NCBI RefSeq assembly: GCF_001194135.2
Contig: NC_069005.1
Location: forward strand, 21,330,495 to 21,394,494
Direction: 5' to 3'
DNA from: Octopus bimaculoides
Lineage: Eukaryota
DNA: 64,000 nt
Part shown: piece by piece, positions 12,301 through 24,182 of the stretch
Numbering within the stretch: the stretch's first letter is position 1
Layout: each line of letters starts with the position of its first letter
Notes under the pieces: generated by a model
Databases searched by the model: none
What the model was told of the DNA's origin: nothing
The model's input: the letters and a program-made list of their open reading frames with translations, nothing else
Position numbers and translations under genes: made by a program

Positions 12301-13600
12301 CACCTGAAATGAAGAAGATCTGTAAAAATGCTTGCCAGCGATTAGAGAGCTTTGGTACATAGTTTATTCAGTGAATTACAATGAATCACAGTTTTCCCCC
12401 CACCTCATCCAACATCTAGAGCAAGAGACAAGTAGGTATGAGAATAGGGTAGTTACAGAGGGCAGTTTAAGTATTATCTGTCTAAATATTTATATATGAG
12501 GTGACTTAAATTTGCTAAAATAATATTTTAAGTGGTTTATATGATTGGAAATATAATTTCAAAGTGTTTGTGGTGTCATAGTGAGAATTTGATTAAAGAC
12601 TTTGCAATGAAAAAAATTTGGAGAAAACTTTTCAAATATAGTGAAAGTACACAAAAATAAACATTATTTTCCATCCTACAGTTAGTTTTGTTTCGTTTTA
12701 TTGATGGTTAGTACTAAGTACTCTTGAACGTGTCTATTGGTTCTATCAGTCTGTTTGTGTGTGTGTGTGTGCACTATACAAAGAATAAACTTTGTCTTAG
12801 ACATATGTGGATATATCATATGATAAAAATATATGGAAATACTACATCACCTGTATTGAAATATATATTGTAATCTTTCTACTCTAGGCACAAGGCTTGA
12901 CATTTTTTGGGGAGGGGCCAGTTGATTAGATTGACCCCAGTTTGCATCTGATACTTAATTGAAAGGATGAAAGGCAAAGTTGACCTCGGAGGAATTTGAA
13001 CTCAGAATGTAAAGACAGACGAAATACTGCTAAGCATTTTGCCCAGCATGCTAACATTTCTGCCAGCTTACCGCCTTACTGAAATATACATTGTATTGTG
13101 AAGTTGCATGGTCTACAGGTTAGAGTGTTGCACTCACAATTGCAATATTATGGTTTTGATTCCCAGCAGTGTATTGTGTTCTTGAGCGAAACACTTCATT
13201 TCACATTGCTCCTGTCTGCTCAGTTATAAATAAGTAAATCCTGCAATGAACTGGCATTCTGTTCTGAGGGAATACTGCCCTACCTACATAGCCAGTGGAG
13301 TGGCATCATTTGAAAGCTACACCAATGCAAAGAAGTGCATTGTGATCATCAGTGTCTAACAATCATGTAATTGTCTGGTTGATATAGTGATATTGTAATA
13401 CTTGTAAAGTTATGTATGATGTATGTATGTATGTATGTATGTATGATATATAGGTGCAGCTGTGGCTGTGTGGTAAGAAGCTTGCTTCCTAACCATATGG
13501 TCCTGGGTTCAGTCCCACTGTGTGTGTCTTCTACTATAGCCTTGGGCAGACCAAAGCCTTGTGAGTGGATTTGGTAGATGGAAACTGAAAGAAGCCTGTC

Positions 13601-13650
<50 letters not shown>

Positions 13651-14149
13651 NNNNNNNNNNNNNNNNNNNNNNNNNNNNNNNNNNNNNNNNNNNNNNNNNN
13701 NNNNNNNNNNNNNNNNNNNNNNNNNNNNNNNNNNNNNNNNNNNNNNNNNNNNNNNNNNNNNNNNNNNNNNNNNNNNNNNNNNNNNNNNNNNNNNNNNNNN
13801 NNNNNNNNNNNNNNNNNNNNNNNNNNNNNNNNNNNNNNNNNNNNNNNNNNNNNNNNNNNNNNNNNNNNNNNNNNNNNNNNNNNNNNNNNNNNNNNNNNNN
13901 NNNNNNNNNNNNNNNNNNNNNNNNNNNNNNNNNNNNNNNNNNNNNNNNNNNNNNNNNNNNNNNNNNNNNNNNNNNNNNNNNNNNNNNNNNNNNNNNATAT
14001 ATATACATATATATATATATATCATCATCATCATTTAATGTCCATTTTCCATGCTGGTAAGCTGGGGAGTTGCACCAGGTTTCAATCTAATTTGGCATGG
14101 TTTTACAGATGGATGCCCTTCCTAATGCTTTTTATGTGCCACCTGCACA

Positions 14150-15845
14150 GGTGCTGGCCCTGGTTGATGTGTAGAAAAGGCATAGCTAGTAACTGCATAA
14201 GATGTACCCAGTGTAAGCTATGGACACATAAGAGGTGCAGCAATATCAGAGGAGAGTTAAAGAGGGAAAATAGTTTTTGTGTGTGAAAGGTGTACAGGTA
14301 AAATTAACACTAAAAGTGTACAGAAAATAGACTCCATCAAATGCCAAGGGAGAAAACTAGAAGTAGTTTGACAGCTTCTGTTACCTAGGTGACCAAGTCA
14401 GTCGCAGAGGTAGATGCTCCATGAGTATAGCTGCTAGAATAAGAATAGGCTGGTCAAAGTTCAGAGAGCTCCTACCTCTGTTGGTAACAAAGAGCCTCAC
14501 CCTCAGAGAGAAAGACAGATTGTATGATGCCTGTGTGTGAATGGCCATGCTACATGGCAGTGAAACATGGGCCGTGACTGCCAAGTACATACAATGGCTT
14601 GAAAGAAATGAATCTAGTATGCTTTGGTGGATGTGCAATGTCAGTGTGCATGTACAAGAGAGTGTAAGCATCTTGAAAGAAAAGTTGGGCATACGATATG
14701 GTGCATGAGGGATGACTGCACTGGTATGGTCATGTGATGCATATGACAAGGACAGCTGTGGGAAGAAGTACCGATCTCTAACTGAAGAGAACCTGTGGAA
14801 GAGGTAAACCGAGGAAGACATGAGACAAGGTGATGAAGCATGATCTTCAAACACTCTGCCTCATGGAGGCAATGACAAGTGATCAAGATCTTTGGTGATA
14901 TGTCGTGCTTGAGAAGACCCGTCAAGCCAAGTGAAATCACAGTCATGGCTGATGCCAGTGCCATGTAACTGGCATTTGTGCTGGTGGCACGTAAAAAGCA
15001 CCCTTTGACCATTGGGCGATATGCTGTGCTTGAGAAGATNNNNNNNNNNNNNNNNNNNNNNNNNNNNNNNNNNNNNNNNNNNNNNNNNNNNNNNNNNNNN
15101 NNNNNNNNNNNNNNNNNNNNNNNNNNNNNNNNNNNNNNNNNNNNNNNNNNNNNNNNNNNNNNNNNNNCGTGCTTGAGAAGACCCGTCAAGCCAAGTGAAA
15201 TCACAGTCATGGCTGATGCCAGTGCCATGTAACTGGCATTTGTGCTGGTGGCACGTAAAAAGCACCCTTTGACCATTGGGCGATATGCTGTGCTTGAGAA
15301 GATCTGTCAAGCCAAGAGAAATTGTAGTCATGGCCTATGCCAGTATTACATATCTTATTTCTTTACTACTCACAAGGGGCTACACACAGAGGGGACAAAC
15401 AAGGACAGACAAATGGATTAAGTCAATTATATCGACCCCAGTGTGTAACTGGTACTTATTTAATCGACCCCGAAAGGATGAAAGGCAAAGTCGACCTCGG
15501 TGGAATTTGAACTCAGAACGTAGCAGCAGACGAAATACCTCTAAGCATTTCGCCCGGCGTGCTATCGTTTCTGCCAGCTCATTGCCTTATTGTATATCTG
15601 GCACCCATGCCAGTGGCACGTAAAAAACACCCTTCAAACTTTAGGCCTCACAGAAGCAGTGACAAGTAACCGAGACCTTTGGCAATATACTGTGCTTGGG
15701 AACACCTGTCAAGCCAAATAAAATTGTAGTTGTGGCTGATGCCAGTGTTTTATAACTGGTACCCATGCTGGTGGAATGTAAAAAGCACCCACCACACTCT
15801 CACAGTGGTTGGCATTAGGAAAGGCATCCAACTGTAGAAATATGT
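14150..15845 (+). mobile_element. 5'-truncated RTE LINE with a PHD finger upstream of RT motif 7 and a tandemly repetitive 3'UTR; interrupted by SINE B (15352-15590)
   Basis: WPWLMCRKGIASNCIRCTQCKLWTHKRCSNIRG...VFVCERCTG, then EVVDSFCYLGD...ARIRIGWSKFRELLPLL...LYDACV...LHGSETWA...LERNESSMLWWMC. The 3'UTR units contain ggcacgtaaaaagcaccc. Confidence 0.85.
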
Positions 15846-16323
15846 CTGTGTCTTTGTGTCTGTGTTTGTCTCCCCATCATCACTTGACAACTGGTATTGG
15901 TGTGTTTACATCCCCATAACTTAGCGGTTCAGCAAAGAGGCCAATAGAATAAGTATTAGGACTTAAAAAATAAGTCCTGGAGTCGAATTGTTTAACGAAA
16001 ACATTTCAAGGTGGTGCTCCAGCATGATTGAAACAAAAGAACATGCGTTTATAAGCATATGCATGTATGCTTATACATGTGTGTGTATATGGTAACTTCA
16101 GCCATGTAACCACATGTGCTTTTCTCAGACTATTTTTTTCCTACTCTCTGAACCTTTCTTCTTTCCTCTTTTCTGACAAAGAGCCATGTTTGAAATGTCA
16201 CATCCCCTCTTTTTTTCCTATCTTAAACTGAGCATCAACATAATACATTGACTGTGTATGTCTTTTTGACTTTTATTGTTTTTATTTTTGTTTTTGATTT
16301 GCCTCTGTGTGTGTGTGTATATA

Positions 16324-16383
<60 letters not shown>

Positions 16384-17362
16384 TACATATATATATATGT
16401 ACATACACTCACAAACACATCTATATACTTGTTTCCGTGTGTGTGTGTGTATACATACATGCAAGATACACACATGCGTATATGCATACATGCATATGCT
16501 TATAAACACATGTATCATATATAACTTTACAGGTATTATAATATCACTATGTACAAACATACAATCCATACTAAATAAAATATTGACAACTGAATGTACA
16601 CAAGACAATAAGTTACTACTAAAAGTCTTCTGTGAGCTTTAGCTTTGTATCATGTCTATAAAACAACAGATCTACTATTAAACAGTTTCAAGTCAAAATC
16701 AGTAATTTGAATAAAATATTTATTGTTTTTGCTGCATACTTGCATAGCAACATAATAACACTGCTCTATGGTCATAGAATACTTTGCTGTGCTTATTTTA
16801 TCACTGATGTAAACTGACTTAAACAACTGATTCATAGTTTATTACTTCAGCTGTTAAAAATATATGTGGTGGTGTGTTCATCTATAGACACTATTTAGAA
16901 TTCTATTGAAATATCTGAGTTAAGTTACACCAATTCAACAAGCAAATTTTGCTGTAAACTATTTGTGAAAAACCAGCTGGAGTTATGCTAAACTATATAC
17001 GGTGTATGCTTGATGGACTGTTTTTTTTTTCTTCTTTAGTATTTTGTGATGAAGGTTCTCATTCTGTCTAGTTTTTGATAAAAAAATCTTTTCCTCTCAG
17101 TTTGAAAATGATACTATATACATAGTATTTGGTGCCCTGTATGTATATATATATATATATATATATACTTTTATTCTTTTATTTGTTTCAGTCAGTTGAC
17201 TGTGGCCATGCTGGAGCACCGCCTTTAGTCAAACAAATCAACCCCAGGACTTAATCTTTGTAAGCCTAGTACTTATTCTATCAGTCTCTTTTGCCGAGCC
17301 ACTAAGTTACGGGGATGTAAACACACCAGCATCGGTTGTCAAGCAATGTTGGGGACAAACAT

Positions 17363-17410
<48 letters not shown>

Positions 17411-18080
17411 GACAGGCTTCTTTCAGTTTCCGTCTACCAAATCCACTCACAAGGCTTTGGTTGGCCCGAGGCTATAGTAGAAGACATTTGCCCACGGTGC
17501 CACGCATTGGGACTGAACCTGGAACCATGCGGTTCATAAGCAAGCTACTTACCACACAGCCACTCTTATGCCTATATATAATTATTATATATAATTCTTA
17601 TATATATCTATTAATTTTGCCTATACAGTTTTAAGTTTGAAGCCACTAACATTATTATCCTTCATGAGTATGAATGTTCTTCATATATTTATAAATTTAT
17701 TCACTTAGTTCGTTTTCTTAGTGTGGTTTGGGCACTGAAACAAACACAAGCATTGGTTGAAGTGATATATAGGTTTGTTATGAGTAGACTTGGCTGAAGA
17801 GAATCAAGTGCTTTTAGCGCTAAATTCAAAATCATGATACCAGGTTAACTGGTAATAAGACGTAATCTTTATTCACTTAGTTTTTTTTTCTTCCAACCAT
17901 GCCTGTGAAAATCTAGTATTAATTTTTGTGGTTTTGAAGTATTTTTTGACTCCTATTTTTAGCAAAGTTGGTGCTTCATAGCACCCTTGTTATATATAAT
18001 TCTTATATATATCTATTAATTTTTTCCTATACGGTTTTAAGCTTGTGCCCACTAACATTATTATCATGAGTATTAATGTT

Positions 18081-18120
<40 letters not shown>

Positions 18121-18123
<3 letters not shown>

Positions 18124-18403
18124 ATGTTAATTCTCTAAATGAAGTATTAACAGTAACTGCACGATAAAGTGAAGTATATTGCCACGAAGATTGGTGGCTA
18201 TTGGACGCTGACGAAGGGAAATAACCCTGAAACCCGGGTCCGTTCGTGCTACAGATCACGATGAGAGGGATAACTTCCCTTGGCAAAACAAACAGGACAC
18301 AGTAGTGTGTCGATAAGCCAGCTGGAGGAGATGTCCTCCTGGGGCTAAAAGCAACAGTAACATCCACCCCTAGGGGTCAGCCACACTTAAGTGGCAATAT
18401 ACT

Positions 18404-18408
<5 letters not shown>
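18121..18408 (+). mobile_element. ~290-bp hammerhead-bearing element (Penelope-like/retrozyme-like, non-autonomous) inserted in a (TA)n array
   Basis: GC-richer unique block flanked on both sides by long (TA)n. Perfect 18-bp inverted repeat AGTGAAGTATATTGCCAC (18168-18185) / GTGGCAATATACTTCACT (18391-18408). Contains the hammerhead. Homologous pieces occur at 44890-44980 (inverted) and 45127-45160. Confidence 0.55.
18203..18245 (+). ncRNA. Minimal type I hammerhead ribozyme, intact core, predicted cleavage after C18240 (GUC)
   Basis: Stem I GGACG(18203-07)/CGTTC(18241-45). Core CTGACGA(18208-14). Stem II AGGG-aaataa-CCCT(18215-28). GAAA(18229-32). Stem III C-[CCGG palindromic loop]-G, then TC. 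All conserved hammerhead core nucleotides are present. Confidence 0.8.
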
Positions 18409-18486
<78 letters not shown>

Positions 18487-18751
18487 TTAGTTATGGCTAG
18501 TTCATAGCGTTATCCAAAATTTGCATCCATAAAGGTCTTAGCTTTATACATGTCTCACCCAACCCTAATGGCTAATGAGACATGTGTAAATCTAAGTGCT
18601 TTATGGGCATGAAACCCTAGGTAACCCTATGAACTGACCATAACCAGCATTCTCTAAATACTCTATTGCTATATAACTTAGAGTGTACTTCTCTTCTGGA
18701 GTTGTGATTTACTGACAATATGTATGTATGTATGTACGTACGTACGTACGT

Positions 18752-19112
18752 CTGTAGGCATGTGTAGGTATAAACTCTGTATGCTGCATTCAGTGTAAGC
18801 TATGGACACACAAAAAATATAATGGAATCATAGGTAGAGTTTGACAGAGCATAAGCTTTACATGTGATAAATGAACTGAAGCAGTAAGTTCTATCAGCAC
18901 ATCAGAAATAGAAACCCTTGAATGCCTGGATGGTTCACTAGAAGTAGTTAATTGTTTTTGCTACCTTGGAGACATCATCAACAAAGGAGGTGGTTGCTCT
19001 GAAAGTATAGTAGTCAGAATAAAAACAAGTTGAAAAATGTTCAGGGAGCTACTACTATTGCTGGCAGCAAAGGTCTTTTCCTACAGGGTGAAAAGTAGAT
19101 TTTATGATGCTT
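18752..19112 (+). mobile_element. Second decayed RTE fragment with PHD relic and RT motif 7
   Basis: GINSVCCIQCKLWTHKKYNGIIGRV*QSISFTCDK*...SLEVVNCFCYLGDIINKGGGCSESIVVRIK...FRELL...RFYDAC. Confidence 0.8.
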
Positions 19113-19644
19113 GTTCTACCTTGACATATACCAAAACAACTACATTGGTTTTAAACTCATGAGTTTGAGCATATTGGTTCAATACTCCACCTGCTCAAAA
19201 CATGGTGACTGGAGATTTTAGTATTTGCCTAAGTTTTACACAATAACCCCCAAAGACAAACTGAATTTATTTAAACCAGTGACAATCTTCCCTACTCAGT
19301 TGCTTGATCCACTAGAATTAGCAACCAAATTTCCTTGAAACATTTTCTACCGTCTTAAAAAATATATAAAGGCACTTTAGAAAATGTAGTCCTAAGATAT
19401 GTCTGAGACAATAGACGTTTGTCATAGACATTTGTCACAGCTGGAACATTTGATGATAGGTTTGCTCAAACATAGCTGACCTTGGGTAACATCTGTTTTA
19501 TTGTAGGAAAAGCATGAAAGAAGGTATTGTAGTTGTTAATTCTCCTGGAAGTATGTTATACATTTTCTTTCAATTGATAAATCTCTGAATGAAAACACCT
19601 ACTACATAATCACCTGTTACAGGTGCCTACGTCTTTTATTCTTT

Positions 19645-20865
19645 CTATTGGTCACATAGTTTTTCTTTTTTATCTTTGGTCTCTAAGTGTTATTGCCTAT
19701 TTGCTTCTATTTAAAAATCAAAGGAAATGACTACTATTCTCTTCAAACTTTGCTTTTGTAATCTGGACATCAATATTTCGAAACTTACTTATTTTCCATT
19801 ACATTTCAGACAGATTCAGTACTGAGTTTCTCAAGTAGAAATTTCATCATAGCAAGTATCCTGCTCAATAGCACAGATTTTCTTGTCAGTTGCTTAACCT
19901 GTGACCACTTGAGCATGTCCCTTATTTCTTTATTGCCCACAGGGGGCTAAACATAGAGGGAACAAACAAGGACAGACAAAGAGATTAAGTCGATTACATC
20001 GACCCCAGTGCGTAACTGGTACTTAATTTATCAAGCCCGAAAGTATGAAAGGCAAAGTCGACCTCGGCGGAATTTGAACTCGGAATGTAACAGCAGACGA
20101 AATACCACTAAGCATTTTGCCTGGCGTGCTAACGTTTCTGCCAGCTCGCCGCCTTGTCCCTTGTCACTAAGCATGTCTTTTAGTGGCTGACAATGTGCAT
20201 CTCTGATCATGAGCAGGAGTAGTGGGGGAGCATCATAGGCATGTGTTGAGAGGGATTGTTTGGGGTTTGGAAAAAAAATAAGGAAAGCAATGTTTNNNNN
20301 NNNNNNNNNNNNNNNNNNNNNNNNNNNNNNNNNNNNNNNNNNNNNNNNNNNNNNNNNNNNNNNNNNNNNNNNNNNNNNNNNNNNNNNNNNNNNNNNNNNN
20401 NNNNNNNNNNNNNNNTTGTTGTTGGCACTCCGTCGCTTATGACGTCGAGGGTTCCAGTTGATTCAATCAACGGAACAGCCTGCTCGTGAAATTAACGTGC
20501 ACGTGGCTGAGCACTCCACAGACACGTGTACCCTTAACGTAGTTCTCGGGGATATTCAGCGTGACACAGTGTGACAAGGCTGACCCTTTGAATTACAGGC
20601 ACAACAGAAACAGGAAGTAAGAGTGAGAGAAAGTTGTGAAAGAGTACAGCAGGGTTTGCCACCATCCTCTGCCGGAGCCTCGTGGAGCTTTAGGTGTTTT
20701 CGCTCAATAAACACTCACAACGCCCGGTCTGGGAATTGAAACCACGATCCTATAACCGCAAATCTGCTGCCCTAAACACTGGGCCATTGCACCTCCACTT
20801 TCTAGGGGTAAGCAAATAGGAAATAACAGTTGGCTACCCAAGGACGAAAATCGTGTTGCACAATG
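19645..20865 (+). mobile_element. MITE-B copy carrying nested SINE B (19922-20155) and SINE C (20416-20798)
   Basis: The flanks align with the 50255-50735 copy on both sides of each insertion. Confidence 0.7.
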
Positions 20866-21672
20866 TAATTACTTCTGGTTCTGTCTCTGGTTCCACAGCC
20901 CTGTATTTTCAAACAATACTGTTAAAATTTTGAGTCCCAGAAATTCTGCTAACTTTAAATGTATCATTCATTGAAAAGCTTTTGATTTTACTCATGTGGT
21001 TGAGATATTGTATTTGAAAACATTAAAACATTTGGATCAGACATGTTTTATTAAATAGTTTTAGCCACTGTGTATAGTGTACATATAAAATATAGTGTGG
21101 AGATGGAGAACAATTTTAACTTTTATGTCTTGAGGGATCAATATAATACTATTATTACATAATGGTTGATTTAATTGTTTATACTACTTCCCTACAATTG
21201 AAATCATCATCAGACTAGTAGTAACACACTAAATATAACTTTATAATTCACAAAGAAAAGGTAAAAATAAAAAATAAAATACATGTGATCAATATAAAAG
21301 TAATTATTCCAGTTTACTTGGGGAAAACATTTAAGGGAAACATTTATTCTCTGTCCATCCTAGACTATTTGTAACCAGTGCAATGTTGATCAGATGCCAA
21401 TGTAAGTTGGAGTTAAAAATAACACCAACACAAATGGCAACACAACATAAACAATATACAACAGGGAGGAAGGAGAATAAGTTACTCTAAAATAACGAAA
21501 GAAAGAAAAAAAAATTTTAAGTGAAAAAGTGAAGAATGAATAATGAAGAGTTAAAAAGTAATATATCTATCCCAAGACTTGAACTGACTGAAACGAGTAT
21601 CAGTCAATCTGATTTACTTTGGGAAAACTAATAAGTATATAAATGATTATGTTTATCTTTGTAAGTAGATCG

Positions 21673-21993
21673 TAAGGTTTATGGGCATATCCAATGAGGA
21701 ACTGCAAATGTATTTTAGAAATTTATGGAATACAATATCCTACATTTCTTGCAAGGCTGATAATTTGGTTAACATTAATGCAAGGGGAAGAAAGTGTGCA
21801 CGGAATATTCATGAAAGCAAGGAATCCATTTTTTAAACCCTCAAATCTATTCTGCTGCCACCACCGACATAATTAAGGTTTATGGGCATATCCAATGAAG
21901 GATTGCAAGTGCATTTTAGAAGTTTATGGAATACAATATCCTACATTTCTTGGAAGGATGGAAATTTAAACCCACAAATCTATACTGTTGCCA
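21673..21993. repeat. Local tandem duplication (period ~200 bp, second copy internally deleted)
   Basis: taaggtttatgggcatatccaatga...caatatcctacatttctt at 21673 and 21875; taaaccc.caaatctat.ctg.tgcca at ~21833 and ~21967. Confidence 0.85.
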
Positions 21994-22966
21994 ATACTAA
22001 CATACCCCTTCTCTTCAGTGGAATAGATGTATATGGTTTGAAATTGTTCTGTGAATAATTTTTATACTTTATAGGGTATCCAAAAAACAAATGGAAAATT
22101 GGTGGTGAATTTTTCTTTTTCTTTCCTTTCTTTTTGTTTTTGCAAGGATATGTTGTTGTCTCACTCCATTTCATTTCTGATTGAGCATTTCAGTTGATAG
22201 TAATATTGTTTTTATCTCCCCCCCCCCCCCNNNNNNNNNNCTCAATTATAAAATCAGGAGAAAAACTAACCATTCAATTTCAACAATTTAATCTTTACAC
22301 TTTTTGATTCTAGAGCCTGTTTTTCTACATCTGAAGCTTATTCTCTCAATTATAAAATCAGGAGAAAAACTAACCATTCAATTTCAACAATTTAATCTTT
22401 ACCAGCTGTATGCATATGTTTCAGCTCATCATCATCATCATCATCAACAACAACTTTGTATTCCATGCTGGTGTGGGTTGGACAGTGTGACAGACTCCAA
22501 CAAATCAGAAAACACATTGAGCTCCAATGTCTGCTTTGGTATGGTTTCTATAGGTGGATGTCCTTCCTGATGCAACCACTTTACAGCATGTACTGGGTGC
22601 TTTTTTTCATGGCACCAGCACAGTTGAGGTTACCAAGGTCTATGTAGTGTCAGTATTAATACTCTATCAGAATGCTTAGCAACATTTTTTCCATCTTTGT
22701 GATCTGAGTTCAAATTCTGCCAATGGTGATTTTGCCTTTCATCCTCTCAGGGTTGATAAAATAAGTATCAGTTGAGTACTGGTGGGGGTTGATGTAATCA
22801 ACTTATCCCCTCCCCTGAATTTGCTGGCCTTGTGCATGGTACTGGTCGATGGTGCACAAAAGTTTGGGATCACTTCCTGAGAGGAGAGGAACCAAATCTA
22901 TAATGTTTATATTTTCCCAAGTTCATTAACAGTTTAACAATTGAAATGGAAGTTAGTATTGGTTAC

Positions 22967-22997
<31 letters not shown>

Positions 22998-23563
22998 CCC
23001 CCCCTCTCTCTCTCTCTCTCTCTTGATTGACATAATTCTTATGACACCACTGGAAAGTTTTATCATTTTGAAATTTTTAATTTGCACCATTTTCATCAAT
23101 ATATGTCAGCTGTTGGCATGTAATAATATCTACAACATAATAAGAAGAGCTAATTGAAGCATATGAACAACGTTTTAGTTATTATCTAACAGCAAATGTC
23201 CAGGACGCCTCTCAAAAGCTACTGTGTATTGTGAAATTGAACAAAAATCATGCTTTTTTGAAAATTATGAAAAGTAACCTATTTTAAGTAAAAAGGATGA
23301 AATTTTCCATATCAAACCCTTTATACATGTTGGTCTGTTAAGAGAAACAGGAAAAGCCTAGTAATCTATCCTCCCTTGATATTTTTCTTCTTAAACCTTG
23401 GGTCTTCAGCTACTGACAGACTGATAATCAAGGTTTTGCTTTATTTGAAGCATCTGGTTTTTACCTATTCTTTATCTAGTAAGTTTCTTCTTAGTATAAT
23501 AAAAGTATCACATCATTTTCTATATGTAAATGAAATAAAAGGGGAGCAGCAGTTAGTTCATGT

Positions 23564-24182
23564 TTAACCCTTTAGCGTGGAGGCGCAATGGCCCAGTGGT
23601 TAGGGCAGCGGACTCGCGGTCATAGGATCGCGGTTTCGATTCCCAGACCAGGCGTTGTGAGTATTTATTGAGCGGAAACACCTAAAGCTCCATGAGGCTC
23701 CGGCAGGGGATGGTGGCGAACCCTGCTGTACTCTTCCTCCACAACTTTCTCTCACTCTTACTTCCTGTTTCTGTTGTGCCTGTAATTCAAAGGGTCAGCA
23801 TTTTCACACTGTGTCACGCTGAATATCCCCGAGAACTACGTTAAGAACTACGTGTCTGTGGAGTGCTCAGCCACTTGCACGTTAATTTCATGAGCAGACT
23901 GTTCCGTTGATTGGATCAACTGGAACCCTCGACGTCGTAAGCGACGGAGTGCCAACAACCCTTTAGCATTCGCATTATTCTGTCAAAAGTCATGCTTATT
24001 TATTCACATTGTTTTGAATTAATCATGCATTATCTTGTAGCTTTGCAATTCTGATGAGGTAACTGTTAATTTTCAGAACGATATTGTAGAGTAGGTATGA
24101 AAAGCCACATCTGGCCAGTTTGAACATAAAACAGGTAGAGTATTTTGGCCAGATATAGCTGGTTTAAATGCTAAAGGGTTAA
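23564..24182. mobile_element. piggyBac-like MITE P1 (TTAA, CCCTTTAGCATT TIR) with SINE C inserted in the TIR
   Basis: TTAA at 23564 and 24179; 11-bp duplication aaccctttagc at 23566-76 and 23957-67. Confidence 0.8.
23577..23956 (+). mobile_element. SINE C (tRNA-derived head; tail ...cgtcgtaagcgacggagtgccaacaac)
   Basis: Box A TGGCCCAGTGG and box B GGTTTCGATTCC. Minus copies at 20416-20798 and 59184-59568. Confidence 0.85.

Noticed and set aside
13349-14286. Long ORFs rich in X or in IYIY/THTH/CVCV (also at 1302, 16218, 28443, 34420, 51334, 53174)
   Set aside because: They are translations of N gaps and dinucleotide microsatellites.
14870-15330. Regularly repeated ~120-bp units resembling a CRISPR-like or satellite array
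   Set aside because: These are 3'UTR tandem units of an RTE LINE plus a gap-flanking duplication; there are no unique spacers and the context is eukaryotic.
23577-23655. tRNA-like sequences with A and B boxes
   Set aside because: They are SINE heads followed by repeat bodies, with no intact cloverleaf or acceptor stem.
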